Below are positions 8,914 to 19,134 of a stretch of DNA of 31,709 nucleotides, one piece after another; the stretch's first letter is position 1, and every line of letters starts with the position of its first letter. The notes beneath the pieces are model-generated. The model was not told the DNA's origin. It saw only the letters and a list, made by a program, of their open reading frames with translations, and searched no databases. The DNA is from an uncultured Planctomycetota bacterium (GTDB lineage Bacteria > Planctomycetota > Planctomycetia > Pirellulales > Lacipirellulaceae), in the NCBI GenBank assembly GCA_963719315.1, contig CAVRBU010000015.1:1-31709 (forward strand). The letters run 5' to 3'. A program made the position numbers and the translations under genes.

Positions 8914-10293
8914 TCAATGGGACCACCCGCTAGTGAGGGACCCACGTCGGCGGTGAATACTGAATCCAAATCCAAGCAGCGCGGCGACCACCGTGGCAAG
9001 ATCCGAGGCGGAGGGTTCGGGAACGAGGCTGTTGCCGCCGTCGAATGGCAATTGGGTGGCAAGTAGTGAGTTGAGAGCGGCAGCGCCAGGCTGTCCGTCT
9101 AGGGCATCCCGGAACAGAAAGAAGTCATTGACATCCGTCTTGCCGTCGTGATCCATGTCGCCATGCGTCCAAGAATTGTAGTCACCAGCGCCAGCGCCAT
9201 TGTCAAAATTCCAGCCGGCGACAAAAGCGGTGACGTTGTCGGTTTGCCAAAGCCCGCTGCCATCGCCCGAAATGATGCCATCCAGATTTACATCGCCAAC
9301 GACCGAATAGTTTCCACAGTTCTTCATTACATCGCAAATACTACCTTGATACGGTTTGTTGTAGTACGACAGGTCGGCAAAGGTTGCGGCATCTCCGTAA
9401 ACCCCGTACAATACGGCTTGATTGTTGTAAATGAGCGTAGTGTTGATGATGCCCGCCAACTGCCACTGGCTCCCATTCTTGTAAAAAACGGCGCTTCCGG
9501 AATCACCACTTACGACTTGAGTTTCGAAAGGCAAAGCGCCGTTCTGTCCTTGTTGATCGAAAGAGGACAGGAGGGATATCACATCGCGGTTGACGTTATC
9601 GCCTCCCTTCATGGTTAAGACACCAGAGGTGCTACTCAGAACATTGCTGAAGACGCTTTGATACGCTGCAGCTCCGGGACTGGCTAAGCGGTTGGTTCCC
9701 CACCGCTTCACCGGCGGTCCGGTGGTTTTGTAGCCATGGAAGTTGCCGCCGCTGACCACTTCCGTCCAAATCCAACTGTTGGGATTGGTTGTGTCTACCT
9801 GCCAATTCGTTGCCGATGCAAGACGCGACGGGCCATGTCCCACAAACACCACCTGCGAGCCGTTGCTCCCGGAGCTGGGCGGCGATTGCGATGCAATCGT
9901 CAACGCCGGCAAACCGGGGTCGCCATTAATGCGGATTAGTTGTAAATCGGTCTCGCTAGTAAGTGAGAGTCCGCCGGCCAGCGACGACGGTGGATTGTGA
10001 ATCACGTAGTTTTCGCCAGCAATCGGCGTAAACGTGCCTGTGCTGAACGCGGCGTTGCTGATTCCTACGTGCCGAGCGGACAAAATCCATCGGTCGCCAA
10101 GATAAACGTAATTGGCGCCTATTTCGGTTACGTTCGCCCACCCGGGATCGCCCTGCGTCCAGCCGGAGTACATTGCCGGATTCACCGTGGTGTCGGTAGT
10201 CTCCACGACTAGCGCAAAAGCATCCGCGGAAGCAAACACTAGAACAACAATTGGCGCCGCAGCGATCGCTATTCGCGATACACGCAAGGTCAT
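8914..10293 (-). CDS. Trypsin-like serine protease with dockerin-like repeat and PEP-CTERM sorting signal
   Basis: ATG 10293 with signal peptide MTLRVSRIAIAAAPIVVLVFASADAFA. Catalytic triad motifs WILSARHV, TDLQLIRI and GDSGSAVF..WQLAGI. GDVNLDG and GDMDHDGKTDVNDF, then VPEPS, a hydrophobic helix and RRR. Confidence 0.82.
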   Translation of the reverse strand: MTLRVSRIAIAAAPIVVLVFASADAFALVVETTDTTVNPAMYSGWTQGDPGWANVTEIGANYVYLGDRWILSARHVGISNAAFSTGTFTPIAGENYVIHNPPSSLAGGLSLTSETDLQLIRINGDPGLPALTIASQSPPSSGSNGSQVVFVGHGPSRLASATNWQVDTTNPNSWIWTEVVSGGNFHGYKTTGPPVKRWGTNRLASPGAAAYQSVFSNVLSSTSGVLTMKGGDNVNRDVISLLSSFDQQGQNGALPFETQVVSGDSGSAVFYKNGSQWQLAGIINTTLIYNNQAVLYGVYGDAATFADLSYYNKPYQGSICDVMKNCGNYSVVGDVNLDGIISGDGSGLWQTDNVTAFVAGWNFDNGAGAGDYNSWTHGDMDHDGKTDVNDFFLFRDALDGQPGAAALNSLLATQLPFDGGNSLVPEPSASDLATVVAALLGFGFSIHRRRGSLTSGWSH

Positions 10294-10777
10294 TCTCACA
10301 TTCTTGGGATCGTAGTGGCCAATCATGCGTGGCGCCTGCCTCGAACAGCACTTTGGAAGCACGTCAATACCGAAAGCCAGAGTCAATTCTTCTAAACCCC
10401 ATTCCCTAACCACTCGATGGCCGCGGGCAAGCGGCAGATGACGTAAATGGATACCCTTATTGTACACAATTTGTATCGATAGGGTATAAAAATGCGCTCG
10501 GACCTGCTCGAAAAATAGTCGCAAGTTATAGAAGAACAATCGTTCATACACGCTCCATCTGTGCAATCGGCCCGATTCAGCCGGCCGGTTCGCCCGAAGC
10601 AACCGCGTTCGGCGGCGCGTCCAAGACGATTTGCCTAATTCAGTCGTGGCGTCAAAATGAAGTGGCCGAACGACTGAGCAAACTTTGGCCAATTGGACGC
10701 CACTCAGCGTATGCTGTAGTATTAGGCTCCACATCTCTTCCCACTTTTTTGGCCACTATTCAGAATCAATACGGTTT

Positions 10778-11950
10778 ATGCGGATTCTGCACATTACTCC
10801 GCAGTTCCCATATTTCGGCGGTCGTACGGTGGTCGGTGGACACGCGTCGTGCGTGTTGTCGCTTGCTTTGGCGCAGCATCAGGCGGGCGAAAAAGTCACT
10901 ATTCTATCATACATCGAAGGTCGTCGAGGAACACTTGAAATCGACGACGGCCCGATTGCCCATAGTCTATTTGCCAAAGCCAAAACGCGTACTGTGCGAT
11001 TTGGGCTGCGGCTGTGCCGGGCCGCGGTCGAATGGGTGAACGCTCGCCGTAACGAGTTTGATGTCGTGCATGTTCACAGTGGTTTTGCTGATTACTACCT
11101 AGTTTCCGGTCGCCTGAAGTCGAAAGTCGGCTTGCCTACTTTTCATACGCTGTACTGCCCAATTGCGCCGAGCGGCCGCTGGCGGCTTCCCGTGGTTCGT
11201 ACCCTGATTAAACGTTGCGCGAATCGTCTCGACTGGCGGGGAGCCATCAGTGAGAACACAGTGCACTCGCTTGCTCAATATGGGATCCGCGATGTCGAGG
11301 TGATGCGACCAGCAGTAGAATTGGAGCGATTCACTTCTCAGGCCGAAGGGCGGTCAGAGCGTAGCGAATTGGGGATCGCCGACGACGAACTTGTCGTATT
11401 ATTTGTGGGGAACGCCAAACCGCAGAAGAATGCTACCGGAATGTTGCGTGCGATTCATCGATTGCGACCGGAGTTTCCCAAGATCAAAGTTGTGGTAACG
11501 ACGGAATTGAAGCATACATCGTCAGACGCCGACCTCGCGCGGCTGGCTCGGGAAATTCACGATTTGAAGTTGGATTCATGCATCATTCAGAAGGGGATTG
11601 TAACTAACATGCCGTCTCTGATGCAGGCGTGCGACGTCCTTGTGGCGCCTTTCCTGGATTCGTACGGCCCTTCCGACTACTTCATGGCTGTGCTGGAAGC
11701 GATGGCCAGCGGCAAACCGGTTGTTGTCTCGAACGTGGGCGGCATGCCGGAGGTTGTGTCGGGCGAAGTAGGCCGATTGGTGAATCCGCGAGACGACGCT
11801 TCGATCACCGCGGGGCTGCACGATTTTCTCGCTGACAAGGAGTTGCGTCTGCGCACCGGTAAAAATGCGCGGGTCTACGTGGAGCAGCACTTCAATCCAC
11901 GCGCGATTTACAACGCACAACAATCCGTATATCGGAGATTCGTATCGTGA
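10778..11950 (+). CDS. GT4 glycosyltransferase
   Basis: MRILHIT start, DVVHVHSG, LFVGNAKPQKN and LEAMASGKPVVVSNVGGMPEVV. Confidence 0.9.
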   Translation: MRILHITPQFPYFGGRTVVGGHASCVLSLALAQHQAGEKVTILSYIEGRRGTLEIDDGPIAHSLFAKAKTRTVRFGLRLCRAAVEWVNARRNEFDVVHVHSGFADYYLVSGRLKSKVGLPTFHTLYCPIAPSGRWRLPVVRTLIKRCANRLDWRGAISENTVHSLAQYGIRDVEVMRPAVELERFTSQAEGRSERSELGIADDELVVLFVGNAKPQKNATGMLRAIHRLRPEFPKIKVVVTTELKHTSSDADLARLAREIHDLKLDSCIIQKGIVTNMPSLMQACDVLVAPFLDSYGPSDYFMAVLEAMASGKPVVVSNVGGMPEVVSGEVGRLVNPRDDASITAGLHDFLADKELRLRTGKNARVYVEQHFNPRAIYNAQQSVYRRFVS

Positions 11951-12705
11951 CATATGACGGGCCGACCGTTGATTCCTCGAATCGATCATTTTACAACGCC
12001 GATAGCGAGTCGTATGATCGCCAACGGTGGGAAAGCAAGGGCGGTGCTTTCACCAATGGCATCCAGCAGCAGATTCTTCACGAATTGTGCGTCGACTGGG
12101 AAAATAGCCACGTGCTAGAGGTTGGTTCGGGCACTGCACGGTTCACAATTCCTTTACTGCGGAAGCACAATCGCATGACGCTAGCCGACATTTCTTCAGG
12201 TATGCTGGCCATGGCTCAAAACAAGATCGTAGAGGCAGGACTCGGCAATGGTGTCGAGGCCTATGTCGAGGGATCCATTTATGAATTGCCGTTCGCTGAC
12301 AATTCGTTTGACCATGCGTTGTCGCTCAATGTATTCAACCATTTGGAACGACCCGGCGACGCGCTGAAACAGCTGGCGCGCGTGATCAGACCCGGCTCAA
12401 CGCTTTTGTTCAACTACGCCAATCTGTGCAGTTACTACTGGCCGGCCGCTCGCCGGATCAACCGGCAGCACAGGGCAATCGGACGGGACGTTTTTTCAAC
12501 GTGGGAACGTCCGGCGCAAATGCGTCGTCTGATCGATCAAGCAGGGTTAAATCTCGTGCGGCAACTGGGACACGTACACGTTCCACTCGCTATGGAAAAG
12601 TACCCAGTTCTGCCGGCCGTGTGCGCCTTCGATTCTTTATCGCGTCGCGGACCCTTGAAACGGTTCGCGCCGTTTCACTTTTGCCTTTGTCGCAAGAAGC
12701 CCTGA
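11947..12705 (+). CDS. Class I SAM-dependent methyltransferase (Methyltransf_11/UbiE-like)
   Basis: VLEVGSGTARF, ADISSGML, ELPFADNSFD and ARVIRPG; GTGA overlap with the upstream GT. Confidence 0.88.
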   Translation: MTYDGPTVDSSNRSFYNADSESYDRQRWESKGGAFTNGIQQQILHELCVDWENSHVLEVGSGTARFTIPLLRKHNRMTLADISSGMLAMAQNKIVEAGLGNGVEAYVEGSIYELPFADNSFDHALSLNVFNHLERPGDALKQLARVIRPGSTLLFNYANLCSYYWPAARRINRQHRAIGRDVFSTWERPAQMRRLIDQAGLNLVRQLGHVHVPLAMEKYPVLPAVCAFDSLSRRGPLKRFAPFHFCLCRKKP

Positions 12706-12748
12706 ACTGAGCAAACTGCGCTTTCGTCCGCACCGAGCATAGCGCAGC

Positions 12749-13864
12749 CTACGAATGTGCCAGCGTGGCCGACATGATGTGTTCTACAAAGCGACTTAGC
12801 GTGAGACTCCCTTCGCGTTGGAGTTCGGAGGCTCGTTCGATTGCCGCCAGCGATGCCGCACCGTATAGCTCCGGTGAATCCATCCAGGCGGTGATTTGCC
12901 GAGTGGCCAGCGGCACGAATTGGGAAGCGTCGCCGATGATCAAACCGGCGCGGTCGCCCACCTGCGTAGAAATGCACCCGCGGCGGTTGGCGATCACGGG
13001 TACGCCCGCCGACATCGCTTCATTCAACACAATACCCCACGACTCGCTGCTCGACGGAAACAGGAAACAATCGATCGTCTGAAAATAGTCAGTCTTTGCC
13101 TGACCGTGCACCGGACCGATAAAATCGATATGACGAGGGAATTCTCGCATTGCGGCTTTTACAAGCCGCTCGGCTGCCGCTGTATAAATTGTTCCGGCCA
13201 TGTGGAGACGCAGTTCGCGACCGGTGGTAGTCAACTGGCGGAATGTTTCCAATACTTGCACGAGTCCCTTTTGAATAGATAAGTTCCCCATGTGACCAAG
13301 CCGCATCGGCAAAGCTGAGGCTTGCCGTGGTGCCGCGACTGGCAGCGAAAAGACACTAGGCAATACGAATTGGAATGGATGTCGCGTTGCGTATTGGACG
13401 CAATAATCACGGGCCATTTGTGGGCAATGCACCACGTGGACGCCACGCTTTCCAAGGCAGCGATCGATCCACGCCATCCGCCAATCGTATCGATCGATGT
13501 AGAAGTAAGTGTGATGATGAAGGTAAATCTGATAGCCCAATAGTCGTCCCACATTCACCAGGGCGAGGGTCGTTAAAAGTCCGCCCTTCGAGTTGGCAAC
13601 TACGTAGAAGCGAGCGTCACCAACTGGGCCGAGTAAAATCAATCGACCGAGACATGCCAGCGTACGGAGAAATCGCTTGGCTCGAAATACCGGCCATGTG
13701 GTAATCGGCCCTGGCGAAATATTCAAGACAGTGACCGGGCCGCTTTCCTGCATTCGCTCTATGATTTTCTCCGTAACGAGCGTCATACCAGTTGCTGGTG
13801 GCGGCAATGGACCGACGGCAAGCACTCCAGTGTTTGGCGATTCTGGCGATCGGGAGTCTAGCAT
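12749..13864 (-). CDS. GT4 glycosyltransferase
   Basis: GPLPPPATG, HMGNLSIQKG and FLFPSSSESWGIVLNEAMSAGVPVIA. Confidence 0.88.
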   Translation of the reverse strand: MLDSRSPESPNTGVLAVGPLPPPATGMTLVTEKIIERMQESGPVTVLNISPGPITTWPVFRAKRFLRTLACLGRLILLGPVGDARFYVVANSKGGLLTTLALVNVGRLLGYQIYLHHHTYFYIDRYDWRMAWIDRCLGKRGVHVVHCPQMARDYCVQYATRHPFQFVLPSVFSLPVAAPRQASALPMRLGHMGNLSIQKGLVQVLETFRQLTTTGRELRLHMAGTIYTAAAERLVKAAMREFPRHIDFIGPVHGQAKTDYFQTIDCFLFPSSSESWGIVLNEAMSAGVPVIANRRGCISTQVGDRAGLIIGDASQFVPLATRQITAWMDSPELYGAASLAAIERASELQREGSLTLSRFVEHIMSATLAHS

Positions 13865-15372
13865 TTCAAAATTGTATCGAAGCTCGCACAGATGCTAGGG
13901 ACCAAGGGGTAGTTCCGGCCGTTTTTGCAAAGCCCATACTTGGTCGCGATTCCTTCAGGACCGAGCTTCTGGTGATTGGACATATCCTTGCCTGGAGACA
14001 TAGCCATACCGCAATGGAACCTGGGCGGGGGCGCTGCTAACGCTCGCTTTCGAGTGCCGAAGATGGCTCGGCAAACAAATCCCAAAAGAACGGCGAATAA
14101 CACGCTTTGAGCGACGTTGATCATCATTATCCCCATGTCGCCGCGAGGAATAGCCACCACGTGGGGCAAGGCACTCGCGTGCATGTAAACCAAAAAAGGG
14201 TTACCCGGTTGCAGCCGCAATGGCTCATCCAGCACGCGAATGCCGAATGCCAACAAAACGGCATATAGCATCAATGCGAGGACCCCTCCTTCATAGGCCC
14301 CGTGGCCCGCGATACCAATTCCCCAATTTGTGCCGCCTGTTATGTGAGCGGCATCGCGAGTCATCTTCACGCCGATGACTTCCGGCTTGCCGGGCCAGAA
14401 ATTGCGCGGTATTGGATACGCGGCAAGGAATCTTAGCGTATTCAGTGGTGCAGGAGTCAAGGCGCCCTCTGCGATGTACCGTTCCGTCAGCAGCGCGTAA
14501 TGGGCATTGCTTTGAGAGAGATAATCCAACCGGTTTTTCAAAAACCCGCCAAATAATTCTTCCAGTGAACGACCCTTACTCAGTTGTTCTATTACCCCAC
14601 TGGCCGATCGGCGTTCCTTTGTATGTGCGTTGTACCAGCGAAAATTTGAATAAAGTACGCTGACACTCAGAACTACGCACGCGGCAAGCGCAATCGCCAC
14701 TAGCGCCCGTGATGGCCTCCAATATCGTACGTTGCTCCAATATAAACACAGGATTGGACCGAGGAACAACGACAGCAAAAGCCGGCGGCCGCCACTGACG
14801 ACCATGGCGTAAATTGCCGTGCTCGAGAACACCGCGATAAAAAGAAAAAGGAAACCCAGGTTGAGACGACGACGGTTCCAAAGTGCGAAACTAAAGACGC
14901 AGCCGGCTGGTACCCCGGCCACCGCTAAGTTACGCGTGAGTGGGCCGACAAAAGTAATCCTCTGAAAAACTACCGAAGCAACAACGGCGACTAAGCAAAT
15001 ACCGATTACGAAAATCGTGAGCGGGGCAGTCAGTTCGGGCCACGTTTGGAGCCGTTTCTGAGCAAATGCCCTTGCCGGTGTGTTGAAGTAGTACGCAACC
15101 ATTAGCGTCACGATAAACGAAGTCGTAGCCACTATGTACCACTGGATTTCTCTCACAGACGGTCGAAACCAATTCAACTGCTCAAAATGAAAAGTGGGAA
15201 CGTATTTTACCGCAATGGATCCAACTGCCGTAAAAATGATTAATCCCAGCAGCAGCGTATTCCAAGCGCTAAGAATGTCGCTTTTCCGGCGAAAAAATGG
15301 GATAACAATCAGCATGCCAACAACAATTATGATGGCAATCCCGAAAGGAACTAATATGTCGCTATTGGGCAT
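13858..15372 (-). CDS. Polytopic membrane protein, probable Wzy polysaccharide polymerase
   Basis: About 10 hydrophobic segments, SGGRR motif, large periplasmic loop with PIPRNFWPGKP, late RGD motif; lies in the wbaP-GT operon. Confidence 0.65.
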   Translation of the reverse strand: MPNSDILVPFGIAIIIVVGMLIVIPFFRRKSDILSAWNTLLLGLIIFTAVGSIAVKYVPTFHFEQLNWFRPSVREIQWYIVATTSFIVTLMVAYYFNTPARAFAQKRLQTWPELTAPLTIFVIGICLVAVVASVVFQRITFVGPLTRNLAVAGVPAGCVFSFALWNRRRLNLGFLFLFIAVFSSTAIYAMVVSGGRRLLLSLFLGPILCLYWSNVRYWRPSRALVAIALAACVVLSVSVLYSNFRWYNAHTKERRSASGVIEQLSKGRSLEELFGGFLKNRLDYLSQSNAHYALLTERYIAEGALTPAPLNTLRFLAAYPIPRNFWPGKPEVIGVKMTRDAAHITGGTNWGIGIAGHGAYEGGVLALMLYAVLLAFGIRVLDEPLRLQPGNPFLVYMHASALPHVVAIPRGDMGIMMINVAQSVLFAVLLGFVCRAIFGTRKRALAAPPPRFHCGMAMSPGKDMSNHQKLGPEGIATKYGLCKNGRNYPLVPSICASFDTILKC

Positions 15373-15399
15373 GGGAAAATAAGGACTTCGCGTTAACGA

Positions 15400-16608
15400 T
15401 CATTGAGATGCCGAACGACTGAGTACGCCGACCTCAGACATCGCCCGGCAAATCTCGGCCACGGGATCGACTTGATTACGAAAGCGATGCACCGCGTCTG
15501 TTGCCTGATGTTTATAGGACGCGATGTTGTCTCGATCCATTACGTCCTCCAGAGAGTGTCGCAAAGACTTTAGATCGCCGGTTGCAAATATCCGGCCACT
15601 ATCCCCCTCGGTTACGAGTTCATGCGCGGCACCGACAACGTCGCTAGCAACTACGGCCAAGCCCGCTGCCATCGCTTCCTGCACCACGAGTGCCCACGGT
15701 TCGACGTCACTCGGCAGTACTAAGACCTCTGCGGCATGATACGCGAGGGGCAAATCCGGGACATCCAAAAATCCAGTCCAGACTACGCGGTCCCGCAACG
15801 AGACTGGCACGCGTCGCTGCAACTCGTCGCGCATGATTCCATCGCCGACGATTAGCAGATCCCAATCCGTTCGCTGGCTAGCGATTGAAACAAAGGCATC
15901 TATCAACAAGTCTACCCGCTTCTGTGGCACGAGGCGACCGCTGAACATGAGATATCGCCGGCTTGCGTTTAGCCCGAATTCTCGTTGAAACCGTTTCAAT
16001 CCAACCTCATCGCACTGGGCAAAGGCGTCATAATCGGGCCAGTAGGGCACGCGATATAGGCGAGTCGGGTCGGCACCGTAGTAGGTGAAGAATTGATCGC
16101 CATATTCGCCCATCGACATGACGCCTGATGTGCGCCGCAGCCACCAGCCGTACACTCGCTTCTTCATCCAGCGTTTGGTGGCCGAAAGCTGCCTGTCGCC
16201 GTGGATGTTGCTGTCGTTGTTGACGAACAACGGCAATCTGGCCGCATGGCAGTAGCGAATCGTGCGGAAATACGAGATGTAACGATAACCCGACATGATG
16301 ACGGCCCGAACGTCGTTGTGCTTCAAATACTCGATGAGCCGCCCGCCTTTTCTCCATTCGGAAATCGGGCTGCGAAACGTGCCGGCTTGCGGCGAATCTT
16401 CTTTGGAGCCAAAAAAACTGGCGTGAATCGATTCAGGCGGGTCCAAATCCCAATCGAAGTCGGCCGGTCCGTGCGTCACAAGCGTGTGCAACTTCAACTC
16501 GGGAATACCCGCGGCAATCAGCTTATGAAGGTTGATGCGGTACGGCGTCAGCACGTTAGCGATCATCGCCAGTCCGGGCCGATTGTCCCGAGAGTGCTTG
16601 CCGGTCAA
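15400..16608 (-). CDS. GT4 glycosyltransferase
   Basis: Probable TTG start at 16608 overlapping the wbaP stop (TTGA). NVLTPYR, FSGRLVPQKRVDLLI and VLPSDVEPWALVVQEAMAAGLAVVASD. Confidence 0.88.
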   Translation of the reverse strand: MTGKHSRDNRPGLAMIANVLTPYRINLHKLIAAGIPELKLHTLVTHGPADFDWDLDPPESIHASFFGSKEDSPQAGTFRSPISEWRKGGRLIEYLKHNDVRAVIMSGYRYISYFRTIRYCHAARLPLFVNNDSNIHGDRQLSATKRWMKKRVYGWWLRRTSGVMSMGEYGDQFFTYYGADPTRLYRVPYWPDYDAFAQCDEVGLKRFQREFGLNASRRYLMFSGRLVPQKRVDLLIDAFVSIASQRTDWDLLIVGDGIMRDELQRRVPVSLRDRVVWTGFLDVPDLPLAYHAAEVLVLPSDVEPWALVVQEAMAAGLAVVASDVVGAAHELVTEGDSGRIFATGDLKSLRHSLEDVMDRDNIASYKHQATDAVHRFRNQVDPVAEICRAMSEVGVLSRSASQ

Positions 16609-18185
16609 TATGCACCCCGCGCGAACAACACGATACGGATCGTCTTCAGAAGCAGCACGACATCGATCCACGGCGACCAGTTGCGAACGTAGTAACCGTC
16701 GAGCTGGACACGCTCATCGTAGGTCGTGTTGTTTCGGCCGGAAACCTGCCACAGTCCGGTGATGCCCGGCTTGACCATCGTGTACAAACCATAGTAGCGG
16801 CCGTACTTGACGATCTCGTCGGTGACGATGGGCCGCGGTCCGACCAGGCTCATATCGCCCTGGATCACATTCCAAAGTTGCGGCAACTCGTCGAGGCTGG
16901 TCTTGCGCAGGAATCGTCCAATGCGCGTGACGCGGGGATCAAATCGCAGTTTGTGGTTGCGCTGCCATTCTTCCTGCAACTCGGGATTGGCTTCCAGGTA
17001 CTGATCCAAAACCAAGTTGGAATCCTCGAACATTGTGCGAAACTTCCAGGCCTTAAAGGACTTGCCGTAGCGCCCGATCCGCTTATGGCCGTACAGGATT
17101 GGCCCGCGCGACGACAGCTTTACCGCAACTGCCAAATAGAAAAACAATGGAAGCAAAAATAGGCCGCCAATAATCGCAAGGGCAAAATCCATGCAGCGTT
17201 TCGTCAACTGCGGCAGCGGCAGCATCAGGTTCTGTTGCAAATGGATGCCGGTGAGGCCATCGAGTTGTTGCGGATTCCAGTGGTCCGGCAGACCCGTCAA
17301 CTCGGATAACACATGAACCTGCGGAATCGTATAGAGGTGGTCGGCCAGGTGCGAGGAAGTCGCGGCTGGCTTGTCTTCAGAAGGGACCACAACAGCCCAG
17401 AATACGCGCCGTTTTTCCGCGATTTCCTCCGTTTCGTTCCACGACCCGGCGTACCACGAGTCGCCGGGATCGACATCGAGCGTCTTTCGGTCACCAATCA
17501 CGCCGACGGGACGCAACCCCAGATGATGATTGTCGGCAAGCCATTGATAGACGCGGACGGTTGCCGCCTCGTCTCCGCACACGAGCGCCGGAATGCCCCA
17601 GCGCGTATACTTGCCAAGCAAATGGCGCAGCCAACTGCGGCAAACGGGCAACACGAAGAGGCAGGCGAAATACACCACTAACAAGAACCAACTTTGAATG
17701 CCCAGCGATTGCTTTAAGACGGCTACTCCAACCGCCCAGACGACAAACATGCAAGTTACGGAAACCACCAATCGCCGCAATTCCTCAACCGGACTCAATC
17801 GAACGCCCGGATAAAGGCCTAACTCGAAATTCAGCAGCACGAAGCCGGTCGCGATGGGAAAGAGGCAGGCAGAGACATCCATTCCAACGAGAATACCCAT
17901 CTTCAGGAACACGAACCGGCAAGCCGCGATTGTCGCGGTCAGAGCCAGAATATCGATTGCCAGCAGCGGCAGGCTATTGAAGATGACCTGCAAACTGTAT
18001 TGAGCACCAACCTTGCGCGAGAAAGCCCGCCATCCGGCAGCGGCCAAACGAGCGCTACTTTCGTCGGCCTCGTCCACCGTCGGACTGTAGCGCATGTGGG
18101 ATTGGAACAGGCCCCGGCCCACGCCGGACTCGCTCAATATGGCCGTGCCAACATCATCCTCTGTGGCTTCGGTCTGGCTCTTCAC
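16605..18185 (-). CDS. wbaP: Undecaprenyl-phosphate hexose-1-phosphate transferase (WbaP family initiating glycosyltransferase)
   Basis: AAAGGAG before GTG, N-terminal TM bundle, [59 protein letters not shown] and YVRNWS. Sugar specificity cannot be determined from sequence. Confidence 0.9.
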   Translation of the reverse strand: MKSQTEATEDDVGTAILSESGVGRGLFQSHMRYSPTVDEADESSARLAAAGWRAFSRKVGAQYSLQVIFNSLPLLAIDILALTATIAACRFVFLKMGILVGMDVSACLFPIATGFVLLNFELGLYPGVRLSPVEELRRLVVSVTCMFVVWAVGVAVLKQSLGIQSWFLLVVYFACLFVLPVCRSWLRHLLGKYTRWGIPALVCGDEAATVRVYQWLADNHHLGLRPVGVIGDRKTLDVDPGDSWYAGSWNETEEIAEKRRVFWAVVVPSEDKPAATSSHLADHLYTIPQVHVLSELTGLPDHWNPQQLDGLTGIHLQQNLMLPLPQLTKRCMDFALAIIGGLFLLPLFFYLAVAVKLSSRGPILYGHKRIGRYGKSFKAWKFRTMFEDSNLVLDQYLEANPELQEEWQRNHKLRFDPRVTRIGRFLRKTSLDELPQLWNVIQGDMSLVGPRPIVTDEIVKYGRYYGLYTMVKPGITGLWQVSGRNNTTYDERVQLDGYYVRNWSPWIDVVLLLKTIRIVLFARGAY

Positions 18186-18512
18186 GGCCTAAACTCCTTT
18201 GATGATCGGCAACCGGACAAACTGTTGGCGTGCGGGAGAATCGCCCGTGAGGGCCGTAACTCGGCATGCGAATCGTGACCAATTTCAAAACCCCGCCGTG
18301 CTGCAATTCTAGCTCTTATTATCGGCGATCACAGAAAAGGCAATCGATGGCTTGATCGGGTAACGGCTGCCCGGCGTGGCCAGACTAGTACGTTGACCAA
18401 TTTACTGGCCCGAATCTGTTTGGCCCGTAACAGAGACGTTTCCTTCCGCCCCTCTGCCCCGCTTCAACTGGGGCGAATAGCGGCATCAGCCAACTGCATC
18501 TCGACTCTCTAA

Positions 18513-18541
18513 ATCCTAGCGGTGCCCCAAAAGAGTGTCAA
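18513..18541 (-). promoter_or_regulatory. Sigma70-type promoter for the wbaP-GT-wzy-GT operon
   Basis: Minus strand TTGACA (18541-18536), 17-nt spacer, TAGGAT (18518-18513). Confidence 0.65.
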
Positions 18542-18782
18542 GAAATAAGGCGGTTTCACCACCGACCGGGTGCCGTCGGATTCAGGCCCTAGTGGTTGTA
18601 CTGGTCGTGGCACCAATAGAGCCAATTGCTTGGTTTTTCGCGCAGTATGATGCTAAGGTGGAAAAAGCATTCCGATATCAGTGAAGGTGGTAGGAACTTC
18701 GCGCTTTCTACGGCCCGCAATAATGCCGTACCGGAATCATCTGAGTGTGATAGCAATCGGGTCAATCGAAAAAAGTAACGAA

Positions 18783-18965
18783 ATGAGCGACAAGCTGGTT
18801 TTGGTGGCGGGGATGGTTCATTGGAGGACACCTCGTGGCCCGGCTGCGACACTTAGGTTACACGCTCATTCACAACGTCGAAGTAAAGCCACTCGACGAA
18901 CTAGTATCAATGATTCGAAGACGCCGAGAACGTCGTTGCCGACCTCAAGCTGCGCTAGGCATACC
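18783..18965 (+). pseudogene. 5' remnant of an NAD-dependent epimerase (GDP-mannose 3,5-epimerase-like)
   Basis: Across frameshifts it reads MSDKLVLVAG..FIGGHLVARLRHLGYTLIHNVEVKPLDE*YQ*FEDAENVVADLKLR*A. The in-frame TAG/TGA fall at positions expected to be W, R and E. Confidence 0.7.
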
Positions 18966-19134
18966 ACGCCGTCCACCAGGTGCTCCTTAACGATGACCAT
19001 CTTCTGTTGCGGGCTGAAATGCCTACGTTCCTTGGAATGCGATCCATTCTGAACTCGGTCCATAAAATCCTCCTTCGCTTCGCGTAATACTAACGCCCGC
19101 AAAGGAAAATTCCAGTTCCGCCTGAGACAGGACA
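18965..19134 (-). mobile_element. Truncated IS3-family element (left end plus start of OrfA)
   Basis: Putative left end TGTCCTGTCTCAGGCGGAACTGGAATTTTCC from 19134. GGAGG precedes ATG 19063, MDRVQNGSHSKERRHFSPQQKMVIVKEHLVDGV (HTH_Tnp_1-like). No OrfB or clear right end. Confidence 0.65.

Noticed and set aside
10294..10734. 147-aa N-terminal extension of the protease ORF
   Set aside because: The signal peptide starts at ATG 10293, and the extension spans the divergent promoter region.
18597..18615. TGTACTGG... as the right end of the IS3 fragment
   Set aside because: Only weak similarity to the putative left end, no target duplication seen, and the epimerase remnant lies between them.
6535..18965. 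The two epimerase remnants as halves of one split gene
   Set aside because: They are in the wrong order, each appears to have its own start, and their motifs suggest different subfamilies.
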